Part shown: positions 1 through 8,799 of the stretch, one piece after another
Position numbering within the stretch: position 1 is the stretch's first letter
Layout of the letters: each line of letters begins with the position of its first letter
DNA from: an uncultured virus (IMG/VR IMGVR_UViG_3300048925_000594)
Lineage: Duplodnaviria > Heunggongvirae > Uroviricota > Caudoviricetes
Length of the DNA: 21,534 nt
Direction: 5' to 3' (one strand)
Virus record (IMG/VR): IMGVR_UViG_3300048925_000594
Made by a program: the position numbers and the translations under genes
The notes under the pieces: model-generated
Databases searched by the model: none
What the model saw: only the letters and a program-made list of their open reading frames with translations
What the model was told of the DNA's origin: nothing

Positions 1-111
1 GAACAGTTCGGACTTACCCCGTCTGCCAGGAGCCGGATTATATCAGAAATAGGGGAAGATAAGGAAAATGACACTATGGAACTGCTCCTGTTCAAAGGCG
101 GTGGGCGCTGA
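1..111 (+). CDS. terS: Terminase small subunit (P27-family-like), 3' end only
   Basis: Frame 1 from base 1 reads EQFGLTPSARSRIISEIGEDKENDTMELLLFKGGGR*, containing the FGLTPSARSR motif of P27-type TerS. Its TGA (109-111) overlaps the terL ATG (TGATG). Not in the ORF track. Confidence 0.88.
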   Translation, partial: EQFGLTPSARSRIISEIGEDKENDTMELLLFKGGGR

Positions 112-1658
112 TGTTTGACAGGGAGAAGGCAGATCACGCCGTGGATTTTATTAACTGCCTGAAACACACCAAAGGCCGGTGGCGGGGCGTGCCGTTTGAA
201 CTGCTCCCATGGCAGGACAGGATTATCCGGGATGTGTTCGGCACAGTAAAGGAAAACGGATACCGCCAGTATAACACCGCCTATGTGGAGATTCCGAAGA
301 AAAACGGGAAATCGGAACTGGCCGCCGGGGTTGCCTTATACATGACGTGTGGCGATGGTGAGTGGGGAGCGGAGGTTTACGGCTGTGCTTCCGACCGCCA
401 GCAGGCTTCTATTGTGTTTGATGTGGCGGTGGATATGGTGGACCAGTGCCCGGCATTGAAAAAGCGGATTAAGCCAGTCATGTCCGTGAAGCGTCTGGTG
501 TATAAGCCAACTAATAGCTTTTACCAGGTGCTTTCCGCTGAAGCCTATACGAAACATGGTTTAAATGTCCACGCCGTGATTTTTGATGAACTGCACGCAC
601 AGCCCAACCGGGAACTGTTTGACGTCATGACGAAAGGCTCCGGTGACGCCAGGACACAGCCGCTGTTTTTCCTGATAACAACAGCAGGGACAGACAGAAA
701 TTCAGTGTGCTTTGAGCAGCACCAGAAAGCGAAGGATATCATTCTTGGGAGAAAGATTGCCCCATCTTTTTATCCGGTGATTTATGGTGCTTCTGATGAT
801 GCGGACTGGTCTTTGGAAAAAGTGTGGTATGAAGCAAATCCATCCCTTGGACACACCATTGATATAGAGAAAGTAAGGAATGCGTATCTGAGCGCTAAGG
901 ATAATCCGGCGGAGGAGAATATCTTCCGGCAGCTCCGGCTGAACCAGTGGGTGAAGCAGTCTACACGGTGGATGCAGATGGAGAAGTGGGATGCCTGCGC
1001 ATTTCCGGTGGAGGAACAGGAGCTGTTTGGCCGGGAGTGTTATGGGGGATTGGATTTGTCCAGTTCCATTGACATCACGGCTTTTGTGCTGGTGTTCCCT
1101 CCGAGAGATGAGACTGAGAAATATATAATCCTGCCGTATTTCTGGATACCGGAAGAGAATATGATTCAACGGGTGAGGCGTGATCATGTTCCATATGATG
1201 TATGGGCAAAGCAGGGGAAGCTGATGACTACAGAAGGCAATGTAATTCATTATGGTTTCATTGAGAGTTTTATTGATGAGCTGGGTAAGAAGTTTCATAT
1301 CAAAGAAATTGCATTTGACCGCTGGGGAGCGGTGCAGATGGTGCAGAACTTAGAGGGACTGGGATTTACAGTGGTTCCCTTTGGACAGGGGTTTAAAGAT
1401 ATGTCGCCGCCAAGCAAGGAATTGATGAAATTGACACTGGAACAGAAGCTGGCACATGGAGGTCATCCAGGGTTACGGTGGATGATGGATAATATCTTTG
1501 TCCGCACCGACCCGGCGGGGAATATCAAGCCGGATAAGGAGAAATCAACAGAGAAGATTGATGGAGCTGTGGCAACGGTGATGGCACTTGACCGGGCGAT
1601 ACGTAATGGCAGTAGTAATGGGAGTGTATATGATGGTAGAGGAATTTTAAGTTTTTAG
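111..1658 (+). CDS. terL: Terminase large subunit (Terminase_1/HK97-like)
   Basis: 515 aa; LLPWQ Q-motif, Walker A PKKNGKS, Walker B VIFDELH, ITTAG coupling motif, nuclease motifs GGLDLS and KIDG. Confidence 0.97.
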   Translation: MFDREKADHAVDFINCLKHTKGRWRGVPFELLPWQDRIIRDVFGTVKENGYRQYNTAYVEIPKKNGKSELAAGVALYMTCGDGEWGAEVYGCASDRQQASIVFDVAVDMVDQCPALKKRIKPVMSVKRLVYKPTNSFYQVLSAEAYTKHGLNVHAVIFDELHAQPNRELFDVMTKGSGDARTQPLFFLITTAGTDRNSVCFEQHQKAKDIILGRKIAPSFYPVIYGASDDADWSLEKVWYEANPSLGHTIDIEKVRNAYLSAKDNPAEENIFRQLRLNQWVKQSTRWMQMEKWDACAFPVEEQELFGRECYGGLDLSSSIDITAFVLVFPPRDETEKYIILPYFWIPEENMIQRVRRDHVPYDVWAKQGKLMTTEGNVIHYGFIESFIDELGKKFHIKEIAFDRWGAVQMVQNLEGLGFTVVPFGQGFKDMSPPSKELMKLTLEQKLAHGGHPGLRWMMDNIFVRTDPAGNIKPDKEKSTEKIDGAVATVMALDRAIRNGSSNGSVYDGRGILSF

Positions 1659-1675
1659 TGAGCTTTTTAAATTGG

Positions 1676-1686
1676 TGTGCTATAAT
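1676..1686 (+). promoter_or_regulatory. Extended -10 sigmaA promoter for insert 1
   Basis: TGTGcTATAAT is a perfect TRTG extended -10, starting 17 nt after the terL stop and followed by RBS AAAGGAG (1702-1708). No good -35. Confidence 0.7.
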
Positions 1687-1716
1687 GAAAATATTATTTA
1701 CAAAGGAGAATTCATT

Positions 1717-2460
1717 ATGGCGGGAAAGGCTAAAATTTCTCCACGGTATGAACGGTTACTGCATACAAAGAGTGGAAATCATTGTGCAATGTGTCGGCGC
1801 CTTCTGATTGATGGAGAATCAAATGGTTCAGCATGTTTAGGAGAAAATGCACATATATATGGGGAAAAAGAAGGGGCGGCTAGGTATGATGCTACTCTAA
1901 AAGCAGATTTTATTAACTCATATGAGAATTTGATTTTTTTATGTTCTGCTTGTCATACAAAAGTTGATGTAGAAGTAGACAATTTTCCTCCTGAAAAATT
2001 GATGGAACTGAAAAGCGAGCATGAAAAGTGGGTTATAAATAAACTAGAAGAAGGTGCTAATGGATTTACCTTTGCCGAATTAGAAGTCCTTTCAAAGCAT
2101 TTGATGAGTATGGGGATTGCACCAAACAAAAATGCGGATTATAGATTGTTAGCTATAGAAGAAAAAATTAATAAAAATAGTCTTCAAGATGTTCAGGCGG
2201 AAATCAATATGGGGTTAACAAAGATAGCAACTATCAGAGATTACTTGAATAGAAACCCAGATATTTATTTTGCTGAGCGATTGACGGATATTATGTCACA
2301 ACAGTATTCGGAATTAAAGAGTAGGTGTGCTGATAGTGTAGAGATATTTAATACTTTATGGGATATTACAAGTGGTAACTTTTCGGATTTCAAATATAGA
2401 GCTGCTGGGCTAGGCATACTGGTTTATTTTTTCGAAGATTGTGAGGTGTTTGAAAAATGA
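1717..2460 (+). CDS. lmuA: ABC-three-component/Lamassu-like effector: N-terminal Zn-binding HNH nuclease plus ABC-3C C-terminal domain
   Basis: Start moved to ATG 1717 because of RBS AAAGGAG, giving 247 aa. SGNHC23AMC26...GENAH46I...RY...N71LIFLC76SAC79H80TKVD resembles HNH domains of defence effectors. The C-terminus ILVYFFEDCEVFEK is typical of ABC-3C effector C-terminal domains. Symbol assigned by analogy. Confidence 0.8.
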   Translation: MAGKAKISPRYERLLHTKSGNHCAMCRRLLIDGESNGSACLGENAHIYGEKEGAARYDATLKADFINSYENLIFLCSACHTKVDVEVDNFPPEKLMELKSEHEKWVINKLEEGANGFTFAELEVLSKHLMSMGIAPNKNADYRLLAIEEKINKNSLQDVQAEINMGLTKIATIRDYLNRNPDIYFAERLTDIMSQQYSELKSRCADSVEIFNTLWDITSGNFSDFKYRAAGLGILVYFFEDCEVFEK

Positions 2461-2687
2461 TATTACCAACAAAAAATATTAAAATGCAGTATTCTCTGCT
2501 TAACTGTGGAGCTATTATCTTGGACAGACTGGATGATAGGGATACGGTTTCTGCAATATGGGAGAAAGTGTCTATTGAAGACGCCTTGCTAAACTATGAT
2601 AAATTTGTTTATACTATGGATTTTTTGTTTATGATAGGAGCAATTGAATATAGTAATGGTTTGATTGCGAGGTGTCAAGATGATTAA
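2457..2687 (+). CDS. lmuC: ABC-3C middle component (MC6-like; LmuC equivalent)
   Basis: 76 aa, ATGA overlap with the effector stop. MILPTK..SLL..GA.IL...TVS.IW...YD.FV..MDFLF.IG.IE is the pattern of small ABC-3C middle components, and the gene lies between effector and ATPase. Confidence 0.72.
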   Translation: MILPTKNIKMQYSLLNCGAIILDRLDDRDTVSAIWEKVSIEDALLNYDKFVYTMDFLFMIGAIEYSNGLIARCQDD

Positions 2688-4443
2688 GGAAATCAGGAGT
2701 AATAATCCTAAGTTTAAAACTATAAAATTTAATCGCGGATTTAACGTTGTATTGGCAGATCGAGAGAAAGCACAGAAAAAGGATGATAGCAAAGATACCA
2801 GAAATGGCGCAGGAAAATCTACGTTAGTTGAGATTATCCATTTTTGTTTAGGTGCAAGTGCAAGTAAAAATTCACCGTTCAAGGTGGAGGAACTAAAAGA
2901 TTGGTCTTTTTCAATAGTGATGGATTTATTTAATAAAGACTATATTTTTACTAGGTTTGTAGATAAATCCAGTAAGATATACATTGATGGTGATGCGGAT
3001 TTATTAGGCTTAGATATCAAATATGATAAAAAACAGCATTTATATTATGTAGGAATAACAAAGTTTAACGAATGTATGCTTTCAGTAATGTATAACTTAG
3101 AGAAGGATGACAAAAGAAAATATACACCTTCCTTTCGTGAACTGATTTCATACAATATACGAAGAGGTCTTGACGGTTATAGAAATGCATTTGAGTTTTT
3201 TTCAAAGCAAAAAGTCTATTCTGTTCAAGGTTGCAATGCTTATTTTTTAGGATTGAATTTGGATTATGCATCCCAGTTTCAAGAAATAAAAGATAAGGTT
3301 AAGGGGATTGGTGATTATAAAAAGGCCGCAGGATCTGGTATTTTAGGTAAGAAAAAACTTAATATTGGTGAACTTAATACAGAGATGATTACTTTGGAAC
3401 AAGAATGTGCTGAATTGAAGAAGCAGTTAGAAAGTTTTAAAGTGCATCCGCAATATGCCGAAATTACGAAGGAGGCGGATCAGTTTACCGAGCAGATTCA
3501 TAATATTGTAAATGAGGTAACGATTAAGAAACAGTTACTTGGAAATTATGAAAAGAGTGTCTTGTCAGAAGAAAATGATATGGGCTATTCTGATATAGAG
3601 CGAATATATAATGAAGCTGGTATTACTTTTGTTGGAACTTTAAAAAAGAAATTGGATGAGGTAATAAATTTTCATAATTCTATCATTGAAAATAGAAAAA
3701 AATATTTGCAAAATGAGATCAATAAAATCAATAGTAGTATTCTTGAACAAGAAAGTATTTTGGAGAATTGTTCTGAAAAAAGAGCTGCCTTGTTTGAAAT
3801 TCTTGCAAATCATGGTGCATTAGAAGAATACACTGCAATGCAAGAACGATATGCGTTGGCATTACAAAAATTAGAAGAAGTACGTGAGAAACTTAGCTTG
3901 GCTCAGACAATTGAAGATAGCAAGAGCAGAATCACTATTGAAAATCAAGAATTATTATTGAAGTCACGAAGAGATTATATTGAAAGAATGCCTAGTTTGG
4001 AAAAGGCAATATCCATATTTAGAAATAATTCCGAGGCATTATATTCAGAACCAGGAACCTTGACCGTAGATTTAGAAGATACGGGATATAAATTTGGTGT
4101 TAATATAAAAAGAGCGAAAAGCCAAGGTATCAATTATATGAAGGTTATGTGTTATGATTTAATGCTAATGGAACTAAGAACGCAGAAACAACGATTTCCG
4201 GATTTTTTAATTCATGATAGTACAATATTTGATGGAGTTGATGAAAGGCAAGTTGCTAAGTCCTTAATACTTGCAATGGATAAGTCTGTGACTTGCAGCT
4301 ATCAATATATTTGCCTGCTGAATTCAGATACAGTACCAGAAAAAGAAATGACGGAACAAAATCTGGAGATATTTAATAATTCAGTAGTTAGAAGAATTAG
4401 TGACAAGGATGATGAATCCGGATTACTGGGTATAAAGTTTTAA
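2680..4443 (+). CDS. lmuB: SMC/Rad50-like ABC ATPase of the ABC-3C/Lamassu-like system (DUF2326-like C-terminus)
   Basis: Start moved to ATG 2680 (RBS GAGGTG 2669-2674), giving 587 aa. Walker A RNGAGKST, long central coiled coil, signature-like KSQG, Walker B/D-loop FLIHDSTIFDGVDERQ, then QYI..LNSD. Confidence 0.85.
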   Translation: MIKEIRSNNPKFKTIKFNRGFNVVLADREKAQKKDDSKDTRNGAGKSTLVEIIHFCLGASASKNSPFKVEELKDWSFSIVMDLFNKDYIFTRFVDKSSKIYIDGDADLLGLDIKYDKKQHLYYVGITKFNECMLSVMYNLEKDDKRKYTPSFRELISYNIRRGLDGYRNAFEFFSKQKVYSVQGCNAYFLGLNLDYASQFQEIKDKVKGIGDYKKAAGSGILGKKKLNIGELNTEMITLEQECAELKKQLESFKVHPQYAEITKEADQFTEQIHNIVNEVTIKKQLLGNYEKSVLSEENDMGYSDIERIYNEAGITFVGTLKKKLDEVINFHNSIIENRKKYLQNEINKINSSILEQESILENCSEKRAALFEILANHGALEEYTAMQERYALALQKLEEVREKLSLAQTIEDSKSRITIENQELLLKSRRDYIERMPSLEKAISIFRNNSEALYSEPGTLTVDLEDTGYKFGVNIKRAKSQGINYMKVMCYDLMLMELRTQKQRFPDFLIHDSTIFDGVDERQVAKSLILAMDKSVTCSYQYICLLNSDTVPEKEMTEQNLEIFNNSVVRRISDKDDESGLLGIKF

Positions 4444-4446
4444 AAA

Positions 4447-4476
4447 AAGGGCATCTCTGCGGAGGTGCTTTTCTTT
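4447..4476 (+). terminator. Intrinsic terminator closing insert 1
   Basis: Hairpin GCATCTC-tgcg-GAGGTGC (4451-4468, one G-U pair) followed by TTTTCTTT, immediately after the ATPase stop. Confidence 0.75.
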
Positions 4477-4498
4477 GTCTTAATTGTGGAGGATGTTA

Positions 4499-5761
4499 AT
4501 GAAGCTATCATCTATTTTAGGAATACGGGGTGCAAGGGATAAGCCAAAAGACAGTTTCAGTGGTCCGGCTTATTCCTTTTTCTTTGGGAGGAGTACCAGT
4601 GGAAAAACGGTGAATGAGCGGACTGCGATGCAGACCACGGCGGTTTACTCCTGCGTCCGGATTCTGGCAGAGGCGGTGGCGTCATTGCCCATTCATGTCT
4701 ATCGTTACACTAATAACGGGAAAGAGCGGGTGTATGACCATCCGCTATATTGCCTTCTTCATGATGAACCGAATCCAGAAATGACTTCGTTTGTATTCCG
4801 GGAGACATTAATGAGTCATCTTCTTGTGTTCGGCAATGCCTACGCACAGATTATTAGGGATGGAAACGGCAGAGTGATTTCTCTATATCCTTTGCTGCCG
4901 GATAAGATGGAAGTGGATCGGGATGAGAATGGCCGGCTTTATTATATTTACAGCCGGTACAGTGATGAGAATCCGAATTTCAAAGATTATGGCAGAGTAT
5001 ATCTGCAGGAGCAGGATGTACTTCATATTCCTGGGCTTGGATTTGATGGATTGGTGGGATATTCCCCGGTAGCTATGGCGAAGAATGCAGTGGGGATGAC
5101 GCTGGCCTGTGAAGAATACGGAGCTTCTTTCTTTGAAAACGGGGCAACACCGGGCGGTGTGCTGGAACATCCGGGGGTGTTAAAGGATCCCGGCAAGGTT
5201 CGGGAAAGCTGGCATTCGGTCTATGGCGGCAGCAGAAACGCCGGAAAGGTGGCGGTGCTTGAGGAAGGGATGCGTTACCAACAAATAGGCATTCCGCCGG
5301 AAGAAGCACAGTTTCTGGAGACCAGGAAGTTCCAGATAAATGAGATTGCAAGGCTGTACCGGATTCCGCCCCATATGGTAGGGGATTTGGATAAATCCAG
5401 TTTTTCTAACATTGAGCAGCAATCTCTGGAGTTTGTTAAGTACACTCTGGACCCATGGGTAATCCGCTGGGAACAGTCCTTGCAGAGAGCCTTGCTGCTT
5501 CCGCAGGAAAAGCAGGAGTATTTCATAAAGATGAACGTCAATGGACTGCTCCGTGGAGATTACCAGAGTCGGATGGACGGTTATTCGGTAGGCCGGCAGA
5601 ACGGATGGCTGTCAGCCAATGATATTCGGGAGATGGAGGATATGAACCTCATCCCAGATGAAGACGGCGGCAGTCTGTATCTGATTAACGGGAACATGAC
5701 CAAATTAAAAGATGCCGGGTTGTTTGCCGGGAAGAACCAGATGGAGTTGGATACAGATTAG
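4499..5761 (+). CDS. Portal protein (HK97 family)
   Basis: Start ATG 4499 chosen from RBS GGAGG 4488-4492. Motifs AVYSCVRILAE.VASLP, PNPEMT, GNAYA, LHI.GL.DG..G.SP, FLETRKFQ..EIAR.YRIPP, SFSNIEQQ. Confidence 0.96.
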   Translation: MKLSSILGIRGARDKPKDSFSGPAYSFFFGRSTSGKTVNERTAMQTTAVYSCVRILAEAVASLPIHVYRYTNNGKERVYDHPLYCLLHDEPNPEMTSFVFRETLMSHLLVFGNAYAQIIRDGNGRVISLYPLLPDKMEVDRDENGRLYYIYSRYSDENPNFKDYGRVYLQEQDVLHIPGLGFDGLVGYSPVAMAKNAVGMTLACEEYGASFFENGATPGGVLEHPGVLKDPGKVRESWHSVYGGSRNAGKVAVLEEGMRYQQIGIPPEEAQFLETRKFQINEIARLYRIPPHMVGDLDKSSFSNIEQQSLEFVKYTLDPWVIRWEQSLQRALLLPQEKQEYFIKMNVNGLLRGDYQSRMDGYSVGRQNGWLSANDIREMEDMNLIPDEDGGSLYLINGNMTKLKDAGLFAGKNQMELDTD

Positions 5762-5775
5762 TAAAGATACATGTG

Positions 5776-5807
5776 GCCGATGGGTGCAATTCACCTGTTG
5801 GCTTTTT
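5776..5807 (+). terminator. Terminator-like hairpin between portal and protease
   Basis: GCCGATGGGTG-caatt-CACCTGTTGGC (11 bp, 3 G-U pairs) followed by TTTTT. Confidence 0.5.
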
Positions 5808-5839
5808 CTATGTTTTGAAATAGCAATTGGAGGCGGACA

Positions 5840-6544
5840 ATGAAAAGAAAGTTTTGGAACTGGGAAAAAAATGAAACGAATGAGGAACGGACCCTTGTGC
5901 TGAATGGTGAGATATCAGATGAAACATGGTATGGAGACGAGGTAACGCCGGATCAGTTTAAAAAAGAATTAAATTCCGGCAGTGGAAACATCACTGTTTG
6001 GATTAACTCTCCAGGCGGAGATGTGTTTGCGGCGGCACAGATTTATAACATGCTGATGGAATACAAGGGAGATGTGATGGTGAAAGTGGATGCCCTGGCA
6101 GCATCGGCGGCTTCGGTGATTGCGATGGCTGGGACTACTGTATTGATGTCTCCGGTAGCCATAATGATGATTCACAATCCAATGACCATTGCCATCGGGG
6201 ATTCCAAGGAGATGCAGAAAGCAGTAGGAATGCTGGATGAGGTCAAAGAAAGCATCATGAATGCTTACGAGATTAAGACCGGTTTGAGCCGGATCAGGAT
6301 TTCCCATCTGATGGATGCAGAATCCTGGTTTAATGCTGGAAAGGCGGTGGAACTTGGATTTGCAGATGGGGTTCTGACAGATATACAGACTGTAAATGAC
6401 AAGGGGAAGGGGATAGCGGAAAGCATGATATTTTCCCGGACGGCAGTAACCAACTCTTTGCTTTCAAAGCTGATTCCAGCACCGGAAGAGCCGAAAACAC
6501 CAGTGGAGCAGTTGGAAAAGCGATTGAACCTGTTGACACATTAA
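5840..6544 (+). CDS. ClpP-like prohead maturation protease
   Basis: 234 aa; INSPGGDV, AASAAS (catalytic Ser), MIHNP (His), ESWF.A..AVELGFAD; lies between portal and capsid; RBS GGAGG. Confidence 0.94.
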   Translation: MKRKFWNWEKNETNEERTLVLNGEISDETWYGDEVTPDQFKKELNSGSGNITVWINSPGGDVFAAAQIYNMLMEYKGDVMVKVDALAASAASVIAMAGTTVLMSPVAIMMIHNPMTIAIGDSKEMQKAVGMLDEVKESIMNAYEIKTGLSRIRISHLMDAESWFNAGKAVELGFADGVLTDIQTVNDKGKGIAESMIFSRTAVTNSLLSKLIPAPEEPKTPVEQLEKRLNLLTH

Positions 6545-6562
6545 ATATGGAGGAGATTTGTT

Positions 6563-7765
6563 ATGAGCAAGATTTTAGAATTAAGGGAAAAAAGAGCAAA
6601 AGCCTGGGAGGCAGCAAAGGCGTTCCTGGATACGAAGAGAGGAAATGACGGACTGCTATCCACCGAGGATACGGCCACTTATGAGAAGATGGAAAAAGAT
6701 GTGGTGGATTTGGGAAAAGAGATTGAGCGGCTGGAACGGCAGGCGGCGATTGATGCGGAGCTGAATAATCCGACCTCTTCACCGCTTACCAACAAACCAA
6801 ATGGAAATCCGGGCGGGGAAGAGAAAAAAGGGCGTGCTTCCGACCAGTACCGCAGGACTTTCTGGAATGCTATGCGTCAGAAGAATTTCTATGATGTAGA
6901 AAATGCCTTACAGGTGGGAACCGATTCTGAAGGTGGCTATCTGGTGCCGGATGAGTTTGAACAGACGTTGGTTGAGGCTTTGGAGGAAGAAAACTTCTTC
7001 CGTAACATCGCCACGGTCATCCAGACTTCCAGCGGTGACAGGAAGATTCCGGTGGTTGCAAGCAAAGGCGAAGCAGCCTGGATTGATGAAGAAGGTGCCT
7101 TTGTGGAATCCGATGAAACCTTTGGTCAGGTGTCCATCGGGGCTTATAAAGTTGGCACGATGATTAAGGTGTCGGATGAATTATTAAACGATAGTGCATT
7201 TAATTTAGAAGCTTATATCTCCAAGGAGTTCGGCAGAAGAATTGGCTCCAAAGAAGAGGAAGCCTTTTTTGTTGGTAACGGAACCGGTAAACCGACTGGT
7301 ATTTTCAATGCGACTGGCGGAGCGGCAGACGGAACCACCACTTCCACGGCAAATATTTCCTTTGAGGATGTGATGGATTTGTTTTATTCGGTGAAGTCCC
7401 CCTACCGTAAAAAGGCTGTATGGGTACTGAATGACACCACGGTCAAGGCTCTGCGGAAATTGAAGGACAATAACGGAAACTATATCTGGCAGCCGTCTGT
7501 ACAATCTGGTCAGCCGGATATGATTCTGAACCGCCCATACCATACTTCCGCTTATGTACCGGAGGTAGAGGCTGGCAAGAAGGTTATGGCTTTCGGCGAT
7601 TTCTCTTATTACTGGATAGCAGACAGGCAGGGGCGCAGTTTTAAACGGCTGAATGAACTGTTTGCGGCTACCGGACAGGTGGGATTTTTGGCAAGCCAGC
7701 GTGTGGATGGAAAGCTGATTCTTTCCGAAGCGGTCAAGACATTGGCAATGAAGGCCGGAGCTTAA
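6563..7765 (+). CDS. Major capsid protein (HK97 fold, N-terminal coiled-coil delta domain)
   Basis: 400 aa; GGYLVP, A.WI.E, VSDELL.DS.FNLE, G.G..KPTG, LKD.NG.YIW, FGDFS, R.DG motifs. Confidence 0.96.
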   Translation: MSKILELREKRAKAWEAAKAFLDTKRGNDGLLSTEDTATYEKMEKDVVDLGKEIERLERQAAIDAELNNPTSSPLTNKPNGNPGGEEKKGRASDQYRRTFWNAMRQKNFYDVENALQVGTDSEGGYLVPDEFEQTLVEALEEENFFRNIATVIQTSSGDRKIPVVASKGEAAWIDEEGAFVESDETFGQVSIGAYKVGTMIKVSDELLNDSAFNLEAYISKEFGRRIGSKEEEAFFVGNGTGKPTGIFNATGGAADGTTTSTANISFEDVMDLFYSVKSPYRKKAVWVLNDTTVKALRKLKDNNGNYIWQPSVQSGQPDMILNRPYHTSAYVPEVEAGKKVMAFGDFSYYWIADRQGRSFKRLNELFAATGQVGFLASQRVDGKLILSEAVKTLAMKAGA

Positions 7766-7804
7766 AGCAGAATCGTAGAAATGATATAGGAGAGGGAGAT
7801 CCGG

Positions 7805-8080
7805 ATGCTTGTGACGTTGGAAGAAATTAAGGGTTATCTGCGGATTGACAGTACGGAGGAGGCTGGGCTTCTCTTTTTTTTGGCAGCTACGGCAGAGAGT
7901 CTGTGCAGTGATATACTGCGGTATGGCTTTGGACCTGAAACGGAAGTGCCGGAGCCTGTCAGGACGGCGGTGCTGTATGGAATTTCTTATCTGTATGAGA
8001 ACCGGGAAAAGGCGGACTTCAAAGAGTTGACATTGATGCTGAAGTGCTTGCTGTTCGGGCAGAGGGACGAGGTGTTCTGA
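7805..8080 (+). CDS. Head-tail connector (HK97 gp6/SPP1 gp15-like)
   Basis: 91 aa; VTLEEIK.YLRID and AVL...SYLYENRE motifs; directly after capsid. Confidence 0.88.
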   Translation: MLVTLEEIKGYLRIDSTEEAGLLFFLAATAESLCSDILRYGFGPETEVPEPVRTAVLYGISYLYENREKADFKELTLMLKCLLFGQRDEVF

Positions 8081-8412
8081 TGAAGATCGGACAGTGGCGG
8101 GAGCGTATCCTAATCCAGAAAAATAATATCACGAAGGATAAGACCGGAAACCAGAAAAATGTATGGGTAGATTACTATTCCTGCCACGCTTATGTGAATA
8201 ACCTGTCCGGCCGGGAATACTGGGACGCGGCACAGGTGAACCAGGAGGCTTCCCTCTATTTTATTGTGCGGTACTGCAGGGAACTGGAATCTATGAACAG
8301 CACTTTATACAGGATTGTGTTCAAAGGGGAAGTTTACAATATCACCTTCGTGGATTTCATGCAGTACCAGAAGAAAACCATCAAGCTGCGGGCAGAGAAA
8401 GTGAAGAGGTAG
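8080..8412 (+). CDS. Head closure / head-tail adaptor (SPP1 gp16-like)
   Basis: Start moved to ATG 8080 (TGATG overlap); RILIQ...W...SGREY..A...F.VRY...RIVF.G..YNI pattern. Confidence 0.85.
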   Translation: MKIGQWRERILIQKNNITKDKTGNQKNVWVDYYSCHAYVNNLSGREYWDAAQVNQEASLYFIVRYCRELESMNSTLYRIVFKGEVYNITFVDFMQYQKKTIKLRAEKVKR

Positions 8413-8415
8413 GGT

Positions 8416-8799
8416 ATGGCAGAACGAAGGGTGAGCGTAAACCAGATGGCAGATGCCATCGCCCAGTCCATGGAGGATTATGCGGATTTATCCAATGAAG
8501 TGATGAAGGAGTGTGTTACAGAAACCAGTAAGTCTGTGAAGAAAGAAATACAGACAAATGCCCCGGTGCATACCGGGAAGTACAAGAAAAGCTGGGCGGC
8601 GAAGAAGGTAAAGGAGAATGCCAATTCCCTCACCATGGTGATACACAGCCGTGACCGTTATCAGATTGCGCATCTTCTGGAACATGGACATGCGAAACGG
8701 GGAGGCGGACGTGTGGCTGCCATTCCACATATTGCTCCGGCGGAACAGAGAGGAGCAGAAGAACTGGTTTCCAGAATCGAAAGGGGGCTTTCGGGATGA
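8416..8799 (+). CDS. HK97 gp10-family tail-completion protein
   Basis: APV.TG.Y.KSW, AHLLEHGH and PHIAPA motifs; position in the head-tail block. Confidence 0.85.
   Translation: MAERRVSVNQMADAIAQSMEDYADLSNEVMKECVTETSKSVKKEIQTNAPVHTGKYKKSWAAKKVKENANSLTMVIHSRDRYQIAHLLEHGHAKRGGGRVAAIPHIAPAEQRGAEELVSRIERGLSG

Noticed and set aside
1717..2460. HNH gene next to terL as the terminase-associated HNH (HK97 gp74-like) or a homing endonuclease
   Set aside because: Packaging HNHs are about 100-130 aa and usually lie upstream of terS. This one is 247 aa, AT-rich, carries an ABC-3C-type C-terminal domain and is translationally coupled to the middle component and ATPase.
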